Made by a program: the position numbers and the translations under genes | In this document: positions 1 to 10,079 of the stretch, piece by piece | How positions within the stretch are numbered: position 1 is the stretch's first letter | Layout: every line of letters starts with the position of its first letter | Assembly (NCBI GenBank): GCA_031459385.1 | Contig: JAVKIP010000003.1 | Span: 96,001 to 160,000, forward strand | DNA from: Candidatus Fervidifonticultor secundus | Lineage (GTDB): Bacteria > Sysuimicrobiota > Sysuimicrobiia > Sysuimicrobiales > Humicultoraceae | DNA: 64,000 nt | Reading direction: 5' to 3' | Notes under the pieces: model-generated | Told to the model about the DNA's origin: nothing | The model's database searches: none | Seen by the model: the letters and a program-made list of their open reading frames with translations, nothing else

Positions 1-104
1 CCGGGACGGCCGCGGCGCTGAGCGTGCAGGCCGGGGTGCCCCCGCGGGCCGTGGACGTGGCCCGGCTCCAGACGGCGATCCGCTCCGCCGGCGGCCTCTG
101 CTGA
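1..104 (+). CDS. 3' end of a probable FAD-dependent oxidoreductase (partial)
   Basis: Frame 3 reads GTAAALSVQAGVPPRAVDVARLQTAIRSAGGLC*, a typical C-terminus of this family. Confidence 0.6.
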   Translation, partial: GTAAALSVQAGVPPRAVDVARLQTAIRSAGGLC

Positions 105-381
105 GCGTGCCGCACGCGGGACGACCGCACCGTCTCCCCCTGGACCACCGGATCGTCAGCTTCGGATTCGCGCCCCGCGAATCTCGTCGCCCGTGTGACG
201 TCGTCACCGTCAGACCGTGGTTCCTACGCTGGGGGCCAGCACGACCAACGGAGGGGATCATGAGGCGCACCATGCCCAAGACCGGCCGGGCTGACATCCC
301 GCACGGCCGTCTGATGCTGCCCGTCCCGGCGGGTGGGGCCACGAGGTCCGCAGACGGGTGGGCCCCTGACGTGACCGCCTC

Positions 382-428
382 TTGACAGAAGCTCCCAGTT
401 CGGGTACGTAGGTGATAACGTTTTCACC
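382..428 (+). promoter_or_regulatory. sigma70-type -35 plus LacI-family-like operator upstream of the TRAP operon
   Basis: TTGACA at 382-387; near-perfect palindrome GGTGATAACGTTTTCACC at 411-428 with central CG. Confidence 0.6.
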
Positions 429-478
429 ATTCGGTATCACTTTCTTCTCGGCTGGGCAGGACGCATTCGACAGGGGAG

Positions 479-1471
479 GTGAGCGGTGTGCGGCTGCGGT
501 ATGCGGCAGTAGCGCTCGTGTCCCTGGTGCTGGTGACCGCAGGCGGGCCGGTGGGCGCGGCCGTCCTGCTTCGATGGGGAGAGGTACTGCCGGCCGACCA
601 TCCGTCGGTCCAGATGGTGTATCGCGTCGCCAGGCGGGTCGCTGAGGCGACCCAGGGGCGCGTGACCATCCAGGTGTTTCCCGCGGGCCAGCTGGGGAGC
701 ACCAGGGACCAGATCGAGAACGTGATCCTGGGGACCCAGCACATGACCACCGAGGGCGCGGCCGCCATCAGCCAGTTTGTGCCGGCGCTGGGCGTCATCG
801 AGGCGCCGTACATCTGGCGTGACGTGGCCCACCTGGCGAAGGTCATGGAAGGGCCCGTCGGGCAGGAGCTCTCACGCCAGCTCGTGGAGAAGGCTGGCAT
901 TCGCGTCCTGGGGACCACCTACTACGGCGTGCGCCATCTGACGACGTCAACCAAGCCCGTCCGTACGGTGGCGGACATGCGCGAGTTCAAGCTCCGGGTA
1001 CCGGAGAACGACGTCTTCCTGGCCATGGCGCGCGCCTGGGGAGCCAAACCCACGCCTATGGCCTTCGGGGAGCTGTACCTCGCCCTCAAGCTGGGAGTCG
1101 TCGACGGGCAGGAGAATCCGCTGCCCACCATCGACTCAGGGAAGTTCTACGAGGTGCAGAAGTACCTGGTACTGACCGGCCACATTCTCACCCCGCGGTT
1201 GGTCCTGATCAACGAGCGCTCGTTCCGCACCCTCCTTAGCGCCACAGACCAGGCGGCGCTGGTGGAGGCCGTCGCTGAAGGCATCGCCTGGCAGAACCAG
1301 CAAATTCAGGTCCTGGAGGGCACGCTGACGGGAAAGTTCAGGCGGGCGGGGATGGAGATCCTCCAGCCCGACGTGGAGTCGTTCCGGCGGCCGGTTGTGT
1401 CGGCGCTCCCCGCGCAATTCGAGTCCCGGTGGGGCGCGGGGCTCTATCAGCGCATCGCCGCCGCCCGATAG
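479..1471 (+). CDS. dctP: TRAP transporter substrate-binding protein
   Basis: Signal peptide; FPAGQLG, KLRVP and GVVDGQENP motifs. Confidence 0.93.
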   Translation: MSGVRLRYAAVALVSLVLVTAGGPVGAAVLLRWGEVLPADHPSVQMVYRVARRVAEATQGRVTIQVFPAGQLGSTRDQIENVILGTQHMTTEGAAAISQFVPALGVIEAPYIWRDVAHLAKVMEGPVGQELSRQLVEKAGIRVLGTTYYGVRHLTTSTKPVRTVADMREFKLRVPENDVFLAMARAWGAKPTPMAFGELYLALKLGVVDGQENPLPTIDSGKFYEVQKYLVLTGHILTPRLVLINERSFRTLLSATDQAALVEAVAEGIAWQNQQIQVLEGTLTGKFRRAGMEILQPDVESFRRPVVSALPAQFESRWGAGLYQRIAAAR

Positions 1472-1496
1472 CGCATCTCGACATTCTGCCGGGGCG

Positions 1497-1991
1497 GTGC
1501 CGGTGCCCGCGCTCAGGCGGTTCAACGCCAGCCTGGACCGGTGCGTGAGCGCGGCGGCGGTGGCGTGCTTCGCGGCCATCTTTGCCGTCGTGCTCGTCCA
1601 GATCGTGTTCCGCTACGTCCTTAAGGCCCCGCTGGTGTGGACGGAGGAGGCGGCCCGCTATCTCTATATCTGGACCTGCTACCTCGGGGGCGCGATGGCG
1701 TACCGGCGAGGCCAGCACATCGTGATCGAGGTCCTCCTCAAGCGCGTCTTCCTGCGGGCGGCGACGGCCGCCCGCGTCGCGGGCCAGCTGCTGGCCGGTG
1801 CCTTCTTTCTGACCCTGACCGTGCAGGGCGCGCGTCTGGTGATGCGCACGGGCTCTGTCCTGGCCATCACGCTGCCGCTGGCGTGGTCGGTCATCTACGC
1901 CGCCGCGCCGCTGACGGCCGCTGTGATGTTCTTCCAGACCCTGGAGATGCTGGGTGACGCGCTGATCGGATCGCGCAGGCGCGAGCGGTGA
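1497..1991 (+). CDS. dctQ: TRAP transporter small permease
   Basis: QIVFRYVL...WTEEAARY motif, 4 TM segments; GTG start approximate. Confidence 0.9.
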   Translation: MPVPALRRFNASLDRCVSAAAVACFAAIFAVVLVQIVFRYVLKAPLVWTEEAARYLYIWTCYLGGAMAYRRGQHIVIEVLLKRVFLRAATAARVAGQLLAGAFFLTLTVQGARLVMRTGSVLAITLPLAWSVIYAAAPLTAAVMFFQTLEMLGDALIGSRRRER

Positions 1992-3268
1992 CACCGACCG
2001 CGCTCATGGGCGTGTGGCTGGCCCTGGTGGTCCTGGGGATGCCGATCTTCCTGAGCCTCGGTGTTGCCAGCCTGGGCTACCTCTGGGTCCACGGCGACGT
2101 CCTGCTCGCCGTGCCGCAGCGGCTGACCGCCGCGGCTAACTCCTTCACGCTGCTGGCCGCGCCCTTTTTCATGCTCGTCGGACTGGCGATGAACACGGCC
2201 GGCGTCACCCAGCGCATCTACCAGTTCGCCGAAGGCCTCACCGGCTGGCTGCGCGGCGGCCTGGCGCACGTGAACGTGGTCGGCAGCGTGATCTTCGCCG
2301 GGATGTCGGGATCGGCCGTCGCCGACGCTGCCGGATTGGGCGCCATCGAGATCAAGGCCATGACCGACGAAGGATACGAGCGCGAATTCGCCGCCGCGGT
2401 CACCGCGGCGTCGGCGACCATCGGCCCGATCATCCCGCCCAGCGTGCCGCTCCTCTTCTACGGCGTCCTGGCCGATACGTCTATCGGGCGCCTGTTTCTC
2501 GGCGGCCTGGTCCCAGGGTTGCTGATGGCCGCCCTCCTGATGGTCATGGTGGCCTGGATGAGCCACCGCCGTGGCTACCGGGCCCACCCCTTCCCGGGCA
2601 TCCGGGAGATGACGCACCGCACCTGGCGCGCCGCCCCTTCCCTGCTGACGCCGGCCCTGCTCCTTGGTGGAATGCTCGGCGGCGTCTTCACGCCGACGGA
2701 AGCGGCGTTCGTCGCCGCCGCCTATGCGCTGGTGCTCGGGCTCGTGGTGCACCGTGAGTTGCGCTGGCGCGACGTCCCCCGGCTCTTTCGGGAGACCGTC
2801 GAGACCAACGGGGTCGTCCTGCTGCTGGTCATGGCCTCGTCGCTGTTCGGGTGGGTGCTGACCCGGGCGCAGCTCCCCCAGCAGCTCGGCGCCTGGTTCC
2901 TGGCGGCCTCCACGGACCCGCTGGTCGTGCTCCTGCTCATCAACCTCTTCCTCCTGGTGGTGGGGTGCTTCATGGAGGCGCTGGCGGCGCTGGTGATCCT
3001 GGTTCCGCTGTTTCTACCCGTCATCAAGACGCTGGGGATCGACCCGGTACACTTCGGCGTCCTGATGGTCCTGAACCTCATGATCGGGACCCTCACGCCG
3101 CCGATCGGCATCGTCCTGTTTGTCGTCTCGCGGGTGGCCAACCTGCCCTTCGAGGCCGTGGTCCGATCCACGCTGCCCTTCCTGGTGCCTCTGGTGTGCG
3201 TGCTCCTGCTCATCACGGTGTTCCCGGACCTGGTCTTGTTCGTGCCGCGGCTGGTCCTGGGCCCCTGA
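1988..3268 (+). CDS. dctM: TRAP transporter large permease
   Basis: FAGMSGSAVADAA, IIPPS, GIDPVHFG and TPPIG motifs. Confidence 0.95.
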   Translation: MTPTALMGVWLALVVLGMPIFLSLGVASLGYLWVHGDVLLAVPQRLTAAANSFTLLAAPFFMLVGLAMNTAGVTQRIYQFAEGLTGWLRGGLAHVNVVGSVIFAGMSGSAVADAAGLGAIEIKAMTDEGYEREFAAAVTAASATIGPIIPPSVPLLFYGVLADTSIGRLFLGGLVPGLLMAALLMVMVAWMSHRRGYRAHPFPGIREMTHRTWRAAPSLLTPALLLGGMLGGVFTPTEAAFVAAAYALVLGLVVHRELRWRDVPRLFRETVETNGVVLLLVMASSLFGWVLTRAQLPQQLGAWFLAASTDPLVVLLLINLFLLVVGCFMEALAALVILVPLFLPVIKTLGIDPVHFGVLMVLNLMIGTLTPPIGIVLFVVSRVANLPFEAVVRSTLPFLVPLVCVLLLITVFPDLVLFVPRLVLGP

Positions 3269-3350
3269 TCAGTGGCCCGGCGGCGTCGTCTGGAATCAGG
3301 CGTGCCCGGCCTGCCCGACTCGCCCGGGACCTGACCCCAGGCACGGCCGG

Positions 3351-4664
3351 TCACCCGCCCTCGGCCAGCAGCACCTCCAGCAGGCGGTCGGCCGCCCGGC
3401 GCATGAACGCGGCCACCTCCTCCGGGGCCTGGGGATCCGGCTCATCCGGCCCCGGGTTGAGCACCGCCGTGGCGTAGAACTCCAAAAACGGCGAGATGCT
3501 CTTGAAGGGGTAGAGGACGTAGACTTTCTTCCCCGTGGTGTGGGCGTGCACCATCTCCGAGAGCACGCCGAACGACATCTGGCTGGTGGGGTAGAACACC
3601 ACGTTCAGGTCGGACTGGTCGATCAGGCGCAGGTCGCGCACCACGGTGGCCCGCCCCAGGGCCAGACGCGTGCGATCGTCGAGGCGCTGCGCCCAGCGGC
3701 GCAGGTGCTGCAGCGACCCGGCCCAGGCCTCCAGCTCCGCGCGCTGCTCGGCCGGGAACTGCCGGACGAACTCCTCCTCGTCGAGCTGGCCGAACGCCGC
3801 CGCCTCCTCGTCCCTCACCGACAGGGGGTCGAAGACCACGAAGTGCTGGCGCAGGCGCTCGCCGAACTGGCGGGCCAGGGCGATCAGGTCGGCCTGCCCC
3901 TCGCGGCGCAGGTTGGTGATGGGGTAGCCTAGGTAGACGCAACGCCTTTTTTTGCAGATGAGGTCGACGAGGGTCCAGACCGGCTCGTCGTGCGCGATCA
4001 GGTAGTGCGGCACGCGCTCGTAGGCGGCGAACATCTTGGAGACGAACACCTCCTGCTCCTGCCAGGCGATCAGGTCGCTCGCCTCCAGCTTGCCGCGCCA
4101 CTGGTCGGTCTCCTCCAGGCGCCGGTGGATCTGGTAGACGCTGTCGACCAGCGTGATGTAGAAGATGCCCTCGGGTCGGACCGGCGGTGCGAGGCGCAGG
4201 CCGGGCAGCGTCTCCTGCACCGCCCCTGCCTCGGCCGGCTGGCGGCGCCGGGTCTCGTCGAAGAGCAGCTTGAGGTAGTGGGTGTCCAGACCGGGGATCA
4301 GGTGCCCCTTCCACCAGAAGCAGGCGTGGGTCACCAGAATCGTGCACAGGTCCGGCTCCCACAGCGCGGGGTCGTTCACGACCTCGGTGAAGACGATAGC
4401 CCGCAGCTCCTGCAACGCCTCGGGCGACATGTCGAGGATCGTCTCGGTGCGCACGTCCAGCCCCAGGTCGCGGGCCCGCTCCAGCATCCGGCCGCCCAGG
4501 TCCACGGCGCGCAGGCGGCGGATCGGCCAGACCCAGCGCCCCGCGCGCAGCTCCTGCTGGATGCGCCGGTTCCCCTCCTCGACGACGCGGGCCAGGTAGC
4601 CCGGGGCGCCGCCGACGTCGCGGAGCTTGCCGGTGCCCGAGATGCCCGTGGCGATGACGATCAC
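3351..4664 (-). CDS. Fusion of an archaeal-adenylate-kinase-like P-loop domain and a nucleoside 2-deoxyribosyltransferase-like domain
   Basis: N-terminal TGISGTGK and LVTHA; C-terminal RDLRLIDQSD...SFGVLSEMVHA...GKKVY. Confidence 0.6.
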   Translation of the reverse strand: MIVIATGISGTGKLRDVGGAPGYLARVVEEGNRRIQQELRAGRWVWPIRRLRAVDLGGRMLERARDLGLDVRTETILDMSPEALQELRAIVFTEVVNDPALWEPDLCTILVTHACFWWKGHLIPGLDTHYLKLLFDETRRRQPAEAGAVQETLPGLRLAPPVRPEGIFYITLVDSVYQIHRRLEETDQWRGKLEASDLIAWQEQEVFVSKMFAAYERVPHYLIAHDEPVWTLVDLICKKRRCVYLGYPITNLRREGQADLIALARQFGERLRQHFVVFDPLSVRDEEAAAFGQLDEEEFVRQFPAEQRAELEAWAGSLQHLRRWAQRLDDRTRLALGRATVVRDLRLIDQSDLNVVFYPTSQMSFGVLSEMVHAHTTGKKVYVLYPFKSISPFLEFYATAVLNPGPDEPDPQAPEEVAAFMRRAADRLLEVLLAEGG

Positions 4665-4681
4665 CGCGTCACCTCACGGCG

Positions 4682-5809
4682 TCAGGCCGTGACCTCGTAG
4701 CGGCGGATCAGGTCCCAGTTCAGGTCGAGCCCGAGCCCCGGGCTCGCGGGCAGCGCCAGCATGCCGCGCCGCGGCGCGGGGAACGGCTGCACGAAGATGT
4801 CGCGCAGGGCGTTGGGCGCGTAGAAGTACTCGTAGGTGGAGACGTTCGGGAGCGCCGCGGCCAGGTGCAGCGACGCCAGGTGCGCGACCCCGCCGGAGAA
4901 CCCCGTGTGGGGCGCCACCCGCAGGTTGTAGGCGTGGGCCAGCGCCGCGGCCCGGCGGGCACCGACGAAGCCGCCGATGCGCGCGATCTCGGGCTGCAAG
5001 ATGTCCACCGCCCGCCGCTCGATCAGGTCGCGGAACCCGAAGACTCCGAACTCCGACTCGCCGCACGCCAGCGGGATCGTCGTGCGCTGCCGCAACAACG
5101 CGTAGCCGGAGAGGTCGTCGGGCGGCACGGGCTCCTCCAGCCAAGCGACGTCCAGGGGCTCCAGCTGCCGGGCCACCCGGACCGCGGTGGCCGCGTCGTA
5201 GGCACCGTTGGCGTCCAGCATGATCTCCACCTCGGGTCCCACGGCCTCCCGCACGGCGCGCACCGACGCCACATCGGCCCGCAGCCCCCCGAGGGCCGGC
5301 GGCCGGCCGATCTTGACCTTGATGGCGACGTGCCCGGCGGCGGCCTGGGCCGCGGCCTCGGCCGCCATCTGCTCGATCGGCGCGAAGTAGACCGACGAGG
5401 CGTAGCACCGCACCTCGGTCCGCCCGGCGCCGCCCAGGAACTTGTACAGGGGCACCCCGGCGGCGCGCGCCAGCAGGTCGTGGAGCGCGATGTCGATGCC
5501 ACTCAACGCCTCGAAGACGAACCCGCGGTAGTGCCCCCAGCGCCGCAGCTGCTCGAAGAGCAGGTCCCACAGCCCCTCGAGGTCGCGCGGGTCGCGGCCC
5601 AGCACCAGCGGCGCCATCAGGTGGTGGATGGCGGTCGTGACAACCTCGGGGGCCTTGCGGGCGATCGCCTCGCCCCACCCTACATGGCCGTCGTCGGTGC
5701 GCACCTCGACGAGTGTGGCCGTAAACGTCCCGAACGCGCCGATCCCGAACAGCAACGGCCGGTCCAGGGCGGCGGACAGCGTGTAGGTCTTGACAGACGC
5801 GATCTTCAC
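4682..5809 (-). CDS. Mandelate racemase/muconate lactonizing enzyme family enolase
   Basis: GWGE, SGIDIALHDL, KxK, DAN, WLEEP, GE and PGLG motifs. Confidence 0.92.
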   Translation of the reverse strand: MKIASVKTYTLSAALDRPLLFGIGAFGTFTATLVEVRTDDGHVGWGEAIARKAPEVVTTAIHHLMAPLVLGRDPRDLEGLWDLLFEQLRRWGHYRGFVFEALSGIDIALHDLLARAAGVPLYKFLGGAGRTEVRCYASSVYFAPIEQMAAEAAAQAAAGHVAIKVKIGRPPALGGLRADVASVRAVREAVGPEVEIMLDANGAYDAATAVRVARQLEPLDVAWLEEPVPPDDLSGYALLRQRTTIPLACGESEFGVFGFRDLIERRAVDILQPEIARIGGFVGARRAAALAHAYNLRVAPHTGFSGGVAHLASLHLAAALPNVSTYEYFYAPNALRDIFVQPFPAPRRGMLALPASPGLGLDLNWDLIRRYEVTA

Positions 5810-5867
5810 CGGCGCTCCTCACCTTCCCGGGCGACGCCCTGTGGGCCTGGCCGGGCGCCGCCCCATG

Positions 5868-6623
5868 CTAGCGGAACAGGTCTTCCTCCTCCGGCCGCAC
5901 GAGCTCCGCTGCGCGTCCCGTGCCGCGGTAGTCGAGCCCGCGGATCAGCACGAGCGGCGTCCCCTCGGCGGCCTGCCCCTGGAGGAGGTTCGCCAGCGCC
6001 GCGCACTCATCCGCCACGGCCTCCATCGACACCCGCAGCACGTACCCGTAGCGGTCCTCCTCGCCGATATACGAGCGCAGGACGGTGAGGCCCGCCGCCC
6101 CGATCGCGGTGCCCGTGGTCCCCTGCCTGAACGGCCGCCCATGGCTGTCGTTGACGACAACCGCGACGTCTGCGCCGAACGCCTCCTCCAGCCCGGTCCG
6201 GATGCGCGCCGCAGCCGCATCCGGATCGGCCGGCAGCAGCGCCACGACGTGCTCGCCGAGGCCCACGTTCGAATGGTCCACGCCCGCGTTGGCGCACACG
6301 AAGCCCAGCCGGTGCTCGGCGATGATCAACCCCGGCCGCACGCGGCGGATGGCCCTCGACTCGCGCAGGATCACCTCCACCAGCCGGGGATCCTTCTTCG
6401 CCTCCTCCGCCAGGGCCAGCGCCTGCGGCGAGGGGGTCACCGTGCGCAGGTCGACGACACGCCCGTCGGCCTTGGAGACCACCTTGTGGGCCACCACGAC
6501 GACATCGCCAGCGACCGGCACCAGGCTAGCACCGCGCAGCGCGGCCACGATCGCCCCGATGAGGTCGTCGCCCGGCCGGATGTCGGGAAACGGCTCGGGC
6601 GCCCACGCCAGGACGGTCTTCAT
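5868..6623 (-). CDS. cofE: Coenzyme F420-0:L-glutamate ligase
   Basis: PGDDL, KVVSKA, ANAGVDHSN, DSHGRPFRQG and DLFR motifs. Confidence 0.92.
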   Translation of the reverse strand: MKTVLAWAPEPFPDIRPGDDLIGAIVAALRGASLVPVAGDVVVVAHKVVSKADGRVVDLRTVTPSPQALALAEEAKKDPRLVEVILRESRAIRRVRPGLIIAEHRLGFVCANAGVDHSNVGLGEHVVALLPADPDAAAARIRTGLEEAFGADVAVVVNDSHGRPFRQGTTGTAIGAAGLTVLRSYIGEEDRYGYVLRVSMEAVADECAALANLLQGQAAEGTPLVLIRGLDYRGTGRAAELVRPEEEDLFR

Positions 6624-6698
6624 CGTGCCAGGATGGTGGGCATCGGCCCACGACCGTCGTCATCGGGCAGGACCGCGGTCATCGCTCCACGTCGGTCC

Positions 6699-7373
6699 TC
6701 ATGGTGCAGGCCCGGCCAGCCGCGGGCGCGGCCGCGCGCCGGGGGGCAGGTGCGCGATGCGGATGCCCAGGTGCCGGCGGCCGTACCGCACGTTCAGGTT
6801 GATGACGAGCACGGCCAGCGCCTCCAGCGTCGGCGCCCAGCGCAGGCCCCCGGCGTCCACTCCACGCGCGCCGACGGACGCGATGATGTTCATCACCACT
6901 GCCTTGGCCCCGTCGTCATCGCCGCAGACCAGCACGTCCTGGTCGAGCGGGCGACCGACCTCGGCCAGCAGGCGCGCGGAGACCGAGTGGAACGCCGCCA
7001 CCACCCGCGCCCGGGGCGCCAGACGCTGCGTCTCCTGGGCGCACGAGCCGTCGGGCGGCGGCGCGTAGGTCAGGCCGGCACCCAGGGGCACCACGGCGTC
7101 TACCACGACCTTGTCGGCCAGCAGCGGGGCGAGGTCCCTGACCAGGGCCGCGTGTCCCTCGTGGGGGCACGCGACGATCACCACGTCGGCCTCGCGAGCC
7201 GCGTCGGCGTTGGCGGCGCCTCGCGCGTTGGCGAGCCCCAGGCGCGCGGCCACCTCCTGGCCCCGCGCGGCAGAGCGCGAGCCCAGCACGACGTCGTGCC
7301 CGGCCGCGCACAGGCGCAGGGCCAGCCCGTGGCCCAGATCCCCGGTGCCGCCCAGGATGCCGACGCGCGTCAC
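6699..7373 (-). CDS. npdG: NADPH-dependent F420 reductase
   Basis: GILGGTGDLGHGLA, GSR, VVAAFH, DVLVCGDD, NLNVRY; adjacent to cofE. Confidence 0.88.
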   Translation of the reverse strand: MTRVGILGGTGDLGHGLALRLCAAGHDVVLGSRSAARGQEVAARLGLANARGAANADAAREADVVIVACPHEGHAALVRDLAPLLADKVVVDAVVPLGAGLTYAPPPDGSCAQETQRLAPRARVVAAFHSVSARLLAEVGRPLDQDVLVCGDDDGAKAVVMNIIASVGARGVDAGGLRWAPTLEALAVLVINLNVRYGRRHLGIRIAHLPPGARPRPRLAGPAP

Positions 7374-8635
7374 CCGGGTGGCTCCGGCGCGGCGATCGCC
7401 AGCGTGTAAGCGTCGGTGGGGAACCGGCGCATGGCCGCCACGACGTCGTCGCGGGCGATCCCCTCGACGAGCGCCGGATACCGCTCGAGGTAATCGAGGC
7501 CGAGACCGTAGAGCTCGATCTCCGCCAGGGCCTGGGCGATGCCCTGGTTGGTCTCCAGCCGCACGGCCATCGACCCGACCAGGTAGCGCCGCGCGTCGGC
7601 CAGTTCCTCCTCGGTCGGGCCGTCGCCCGCCAGGCCGGCGATCTCGGTCAGAATGGCCTCCACCGCGCGCTCGAGGTTGGCCGGATTGACGCCCGCCCGC
7701 ACCCACCACGGCCCCGCCAGCAGGCCCGCGCGCAGGTCGCTGAAGGCGTAGTACGCGATGCCCTGCCGCTCACGCACGTGCTCGCCGATGCGGCCCATCA
7801 TGCCGAGCTGGCCGAGGAGCAGGTTCGCCATCATCGCGGCGTAGTAGCCGGGGGCGGTCCGGCTGATGCCGACGGTCCCCAGCACCAGGTCGGCCTGCGT
7901 CTTGCCCGGCAGGGTCACCTCCTGGCGCTGCGGCGCCGGGGGACGCGCCGGCTCGGGCACGGCCGGCAGCGCCCAGGGCGCGCCCGCCGGCCACGCCTCG
8001 AACCGCGCGGCCGCCAGGTCGGCAGTCCGTCCGGCGTCCACGTCGCCGACGATGGCAAGCGCCGTGGCCTGCGGGGTCACGTAGCTGCGGTGAAAGGCGT
8101 GCAGGTCCTGGGGCAGGAGCGCCGCCAGCACCGTCTCCTCGCCGTCCGGCGCCTGGCTGTGGGGATGCGCGGGCGGGAACGCCAGCCGCCGGAACAAACG
8201 CTCGGCGGCGTGCCGCGTGTCCAGGGCGTTCACCCGTGCCGCAGTGATCAGCTGCCCGCGCACCTTCTCCACCTCGTCCGGGGCATACGCAGGCGCCATC
8301 AGCACGTCAGCGGCCAGGTCCAGCCAGGTTCCCAGGTCGTCCGGAAGCGCCCGGCCGCCGATGGAGGTGGTCTCGAGGCCCGGCGCCACGACCAGCGTGG
8401 CCCCGAGGCCATCCAGTTCCTCTGCCAGTTGTCGTGCGGTGCGGCGGTGCGTGCCGTGCATCAGCGCCACCCCGGCGAGGCGTCCCAGCCCAGGGCGATC
8501 GCCGTCGAAGATCCCGCCCGCCCGGACGAACCCCGCCACGGCGACGGAGCCGCTGCCCGGCGTGGCGCGCACCAGCACCACCAGGCCGTTGCGCAGCACC
8601 ATCCGCCTGATCGTGGCGGCGGCAACCGGTATCAC
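7370..8635 (-). CDS. M16 peptidase, non-catalytic subunit
   Basis: LRNGL, VRERQGIAYY; no HxxEH motif; paired with a catalytic subunit. Confidence 0.88.
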   Translation of the reverse strand: MIPVAAATIRRMVLRNGLVVLVRATPGSGSVAVAGFVRAGGIFDGDRPGLGRLAGVALMHGTHRRTARQLAEELDGLGATLVVAPGLETTSIGGRALPDDLGTWLDLAADVLMAPAYAPDEVEKVRGQLITAARVNALDTRHAAERLFRRLAFPPAHPHSQAPDGEETVLAALLPQDLHAFHRSYVTPQATALAIVGDVDAGRTADLAAARFEAWPAGAPWALPAVPEPARPPAPQRQEVTLPGKTQADLVLGTVGISRTAPGYYAAMMANLLLGQLGMMGRIGEHVRERQGIAYYAFSDLRAGLLAGPWWVRAGVNPANLERAVEAILTEIAGLAGDGPTEEELADARRYLVGSMAVRLETNQGIAQALAEIELYGLGLDYLERYPALVEGIARDDVVAAMRRFPTDAYTLAIAAPEPPG

Positions 8636-9945
8636 GCCGCCGCCTGGCGCGCGACGCCGGCGTCGGGCAGGTACCAGCCGACGGTGCGCCGCAGCGGCGT
8701 CAGGTACACCCGGGCCACGCGCACGACGTCGTCTGCCGTGGCACGGGCCACGCCCTGGGCGATAGCCGCGAGCCGCTCCGGCCGGTCCACGATCGCGTAC
8801 GCGCCCAGCGCCAGCGCCCGGCGGAAGACGCCGTCCCGGAGGTAGACGAACTGGGCCTGCGCCTGGCGCTGGACGCGTGCCATCTCCCCGGCAGACGGCG
8901 GATGGGTCTGCAGCCTGCGTAGCTCGGCCTCCACCGCGGCCTCGACGGCGGCGGGCTCCACCCCCGTCCGGACCGTGACGCTGATGCGCAACAGCGTGGG
9001 TTCGATGCTGGGGGTCAATCCCGAGCTGACCTCGGTCGCGAGCCCGCGGTCCACCAGGGCCCGGTACAGGCGGCTGCTGCGCCCGCCCGCGTTGCCATCG
9101 AAGGGCACGGCGCTCTTGAAGCCCGACAGCACGCCGTCCAGCACCATCAGCGCGGGCAGGTCGGGGTGGTCGGCGGCCGGCACGTGGAAGGCCATCTGCA
9201 GGTACGCGGTCGCACCCCCGGGCCGGCGCAGGGTGACGCGCCGCTCGCCCTCCTGGGCGGGCTCGGATGACCGCACGGGCGGGGGCGGCGGCCCCGGCGG
9301 GAGGGGGCCAAACGCCTCGGCGACCATGGCCTGTGCGTGTGCAACGTCCACGTCGCCCACCAGCACCGCCAGCGCGTTGCCCGGATGGTAGTACGTGCGG
9401 TAGTGCGCGTACAACTCGTCCCGCGTCATCGCCAGCAGGTCGGCCTTCCATCCGATGACCGGCTGCCGGTAGGGATGGACCTTGAACGCCAGCGCTTCCA
9501 CCTCTTCCCGCAGGGAATAGGTGGGAAAGTTCTCCTGCCCCTCGCGCTCGGCGACGATCACCGTGCGCTCGGCCGCCACCACCTCGGGATCGAACAGCGT
9601 GTTGACCATGCGGTCGGCCTCAAGGCGCACCGCCGTCTCGATGTGGGCAGCCGGCAACACCTCGAAGTACGCGGTGTAGTCCTTCCACGTGAAGGCGTTC
9701 CACCGCCCGCCCAGCCGGTCGATCAGCCGGGTCAGCGTCCCGGCGGGATGGGCCGGCGTGCCCTTGAAGAGCATGTGCTCCACCCAGTGGGAGATCCCGG
9801 TGCGCCCGGGGGTCTCGTTGCGGCTGCCGACGCGGTACCAGACCCAGAACGTGGCCACCGGCGCGGTCCGCACCTCCTGCGCGAGCAGACGGAGGCCGTT
9901 GGGCAATGTAGTGACGGCGACATCGTGCATCGGTTCACGCTCCAT
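8632..9945 (-). CDS. M16 (pitrilysin family) zinc peptidase, catalytic subunit
   Basis: GSRNE...GISHWVEHMLFKGT (HxxEH), NAFT, SSRLY. Confidence 0.93.
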   Translation of the reverse strand: MEREPMHDVAVTTLPNGLRLLAQEVRTAPVATFWVWYRVGSRNETPGRTGISHWVEHMLFKGTPAHPAGTLTRLIDRLGGRWNAFTWKDYTAYFEVLPAAHIETAVRLEADRMVNTLFDPEVVAAERTVIVAEREGQENFPTYSLREEVEALAFKVHPYRQPVIGWKADLLAMTRDELYAHYRTYYHPGNALAVLVGDVDVAHAQAMVAEAFGPLPPGPPPPPVRSSEPAQEGERRVTLRRPGGATAYLQMAFHVPAADHPDLPALMVLDGVLSGFKSAVPFDGNAGGRSSRLYRALVDRGLATEVSSGLTPSIEPTLLRISVTVRTGVEPAAVEAAVEAELRRLQTHPPSAGEMARVQRQAQAQFVYLRDGVFRRALALGAYAIVDRPERLAAIAQGVARATADDVVRVARVYLTPLRRTVGWYLPDAGVARQAAA

Positions 9946-10079
9946 GTACCTTCGCGGCCCGTGGGCGCCGGCCGCGCAAGACCCGGTAGATTTCGGTCCA
10001 CTCCCAGGGAGCCCCTGCCCGGGATCCCGACCCGGCGGTGCCGAGGAATCGCCCACGGGCGTTCCGTATTCCCGATGCG

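Noticed and set aside
99..104. TGC-TGA (Cys-stop) as a possible C-terminal Cys-Sec motif
   Set aside because: The family normally ends here and the read-through sequence is uninformative.
107..385. 92-aa ORF upstream of the TRAP operon
   Set aside because: No recognisable motif or clear SD; probably intergenic.
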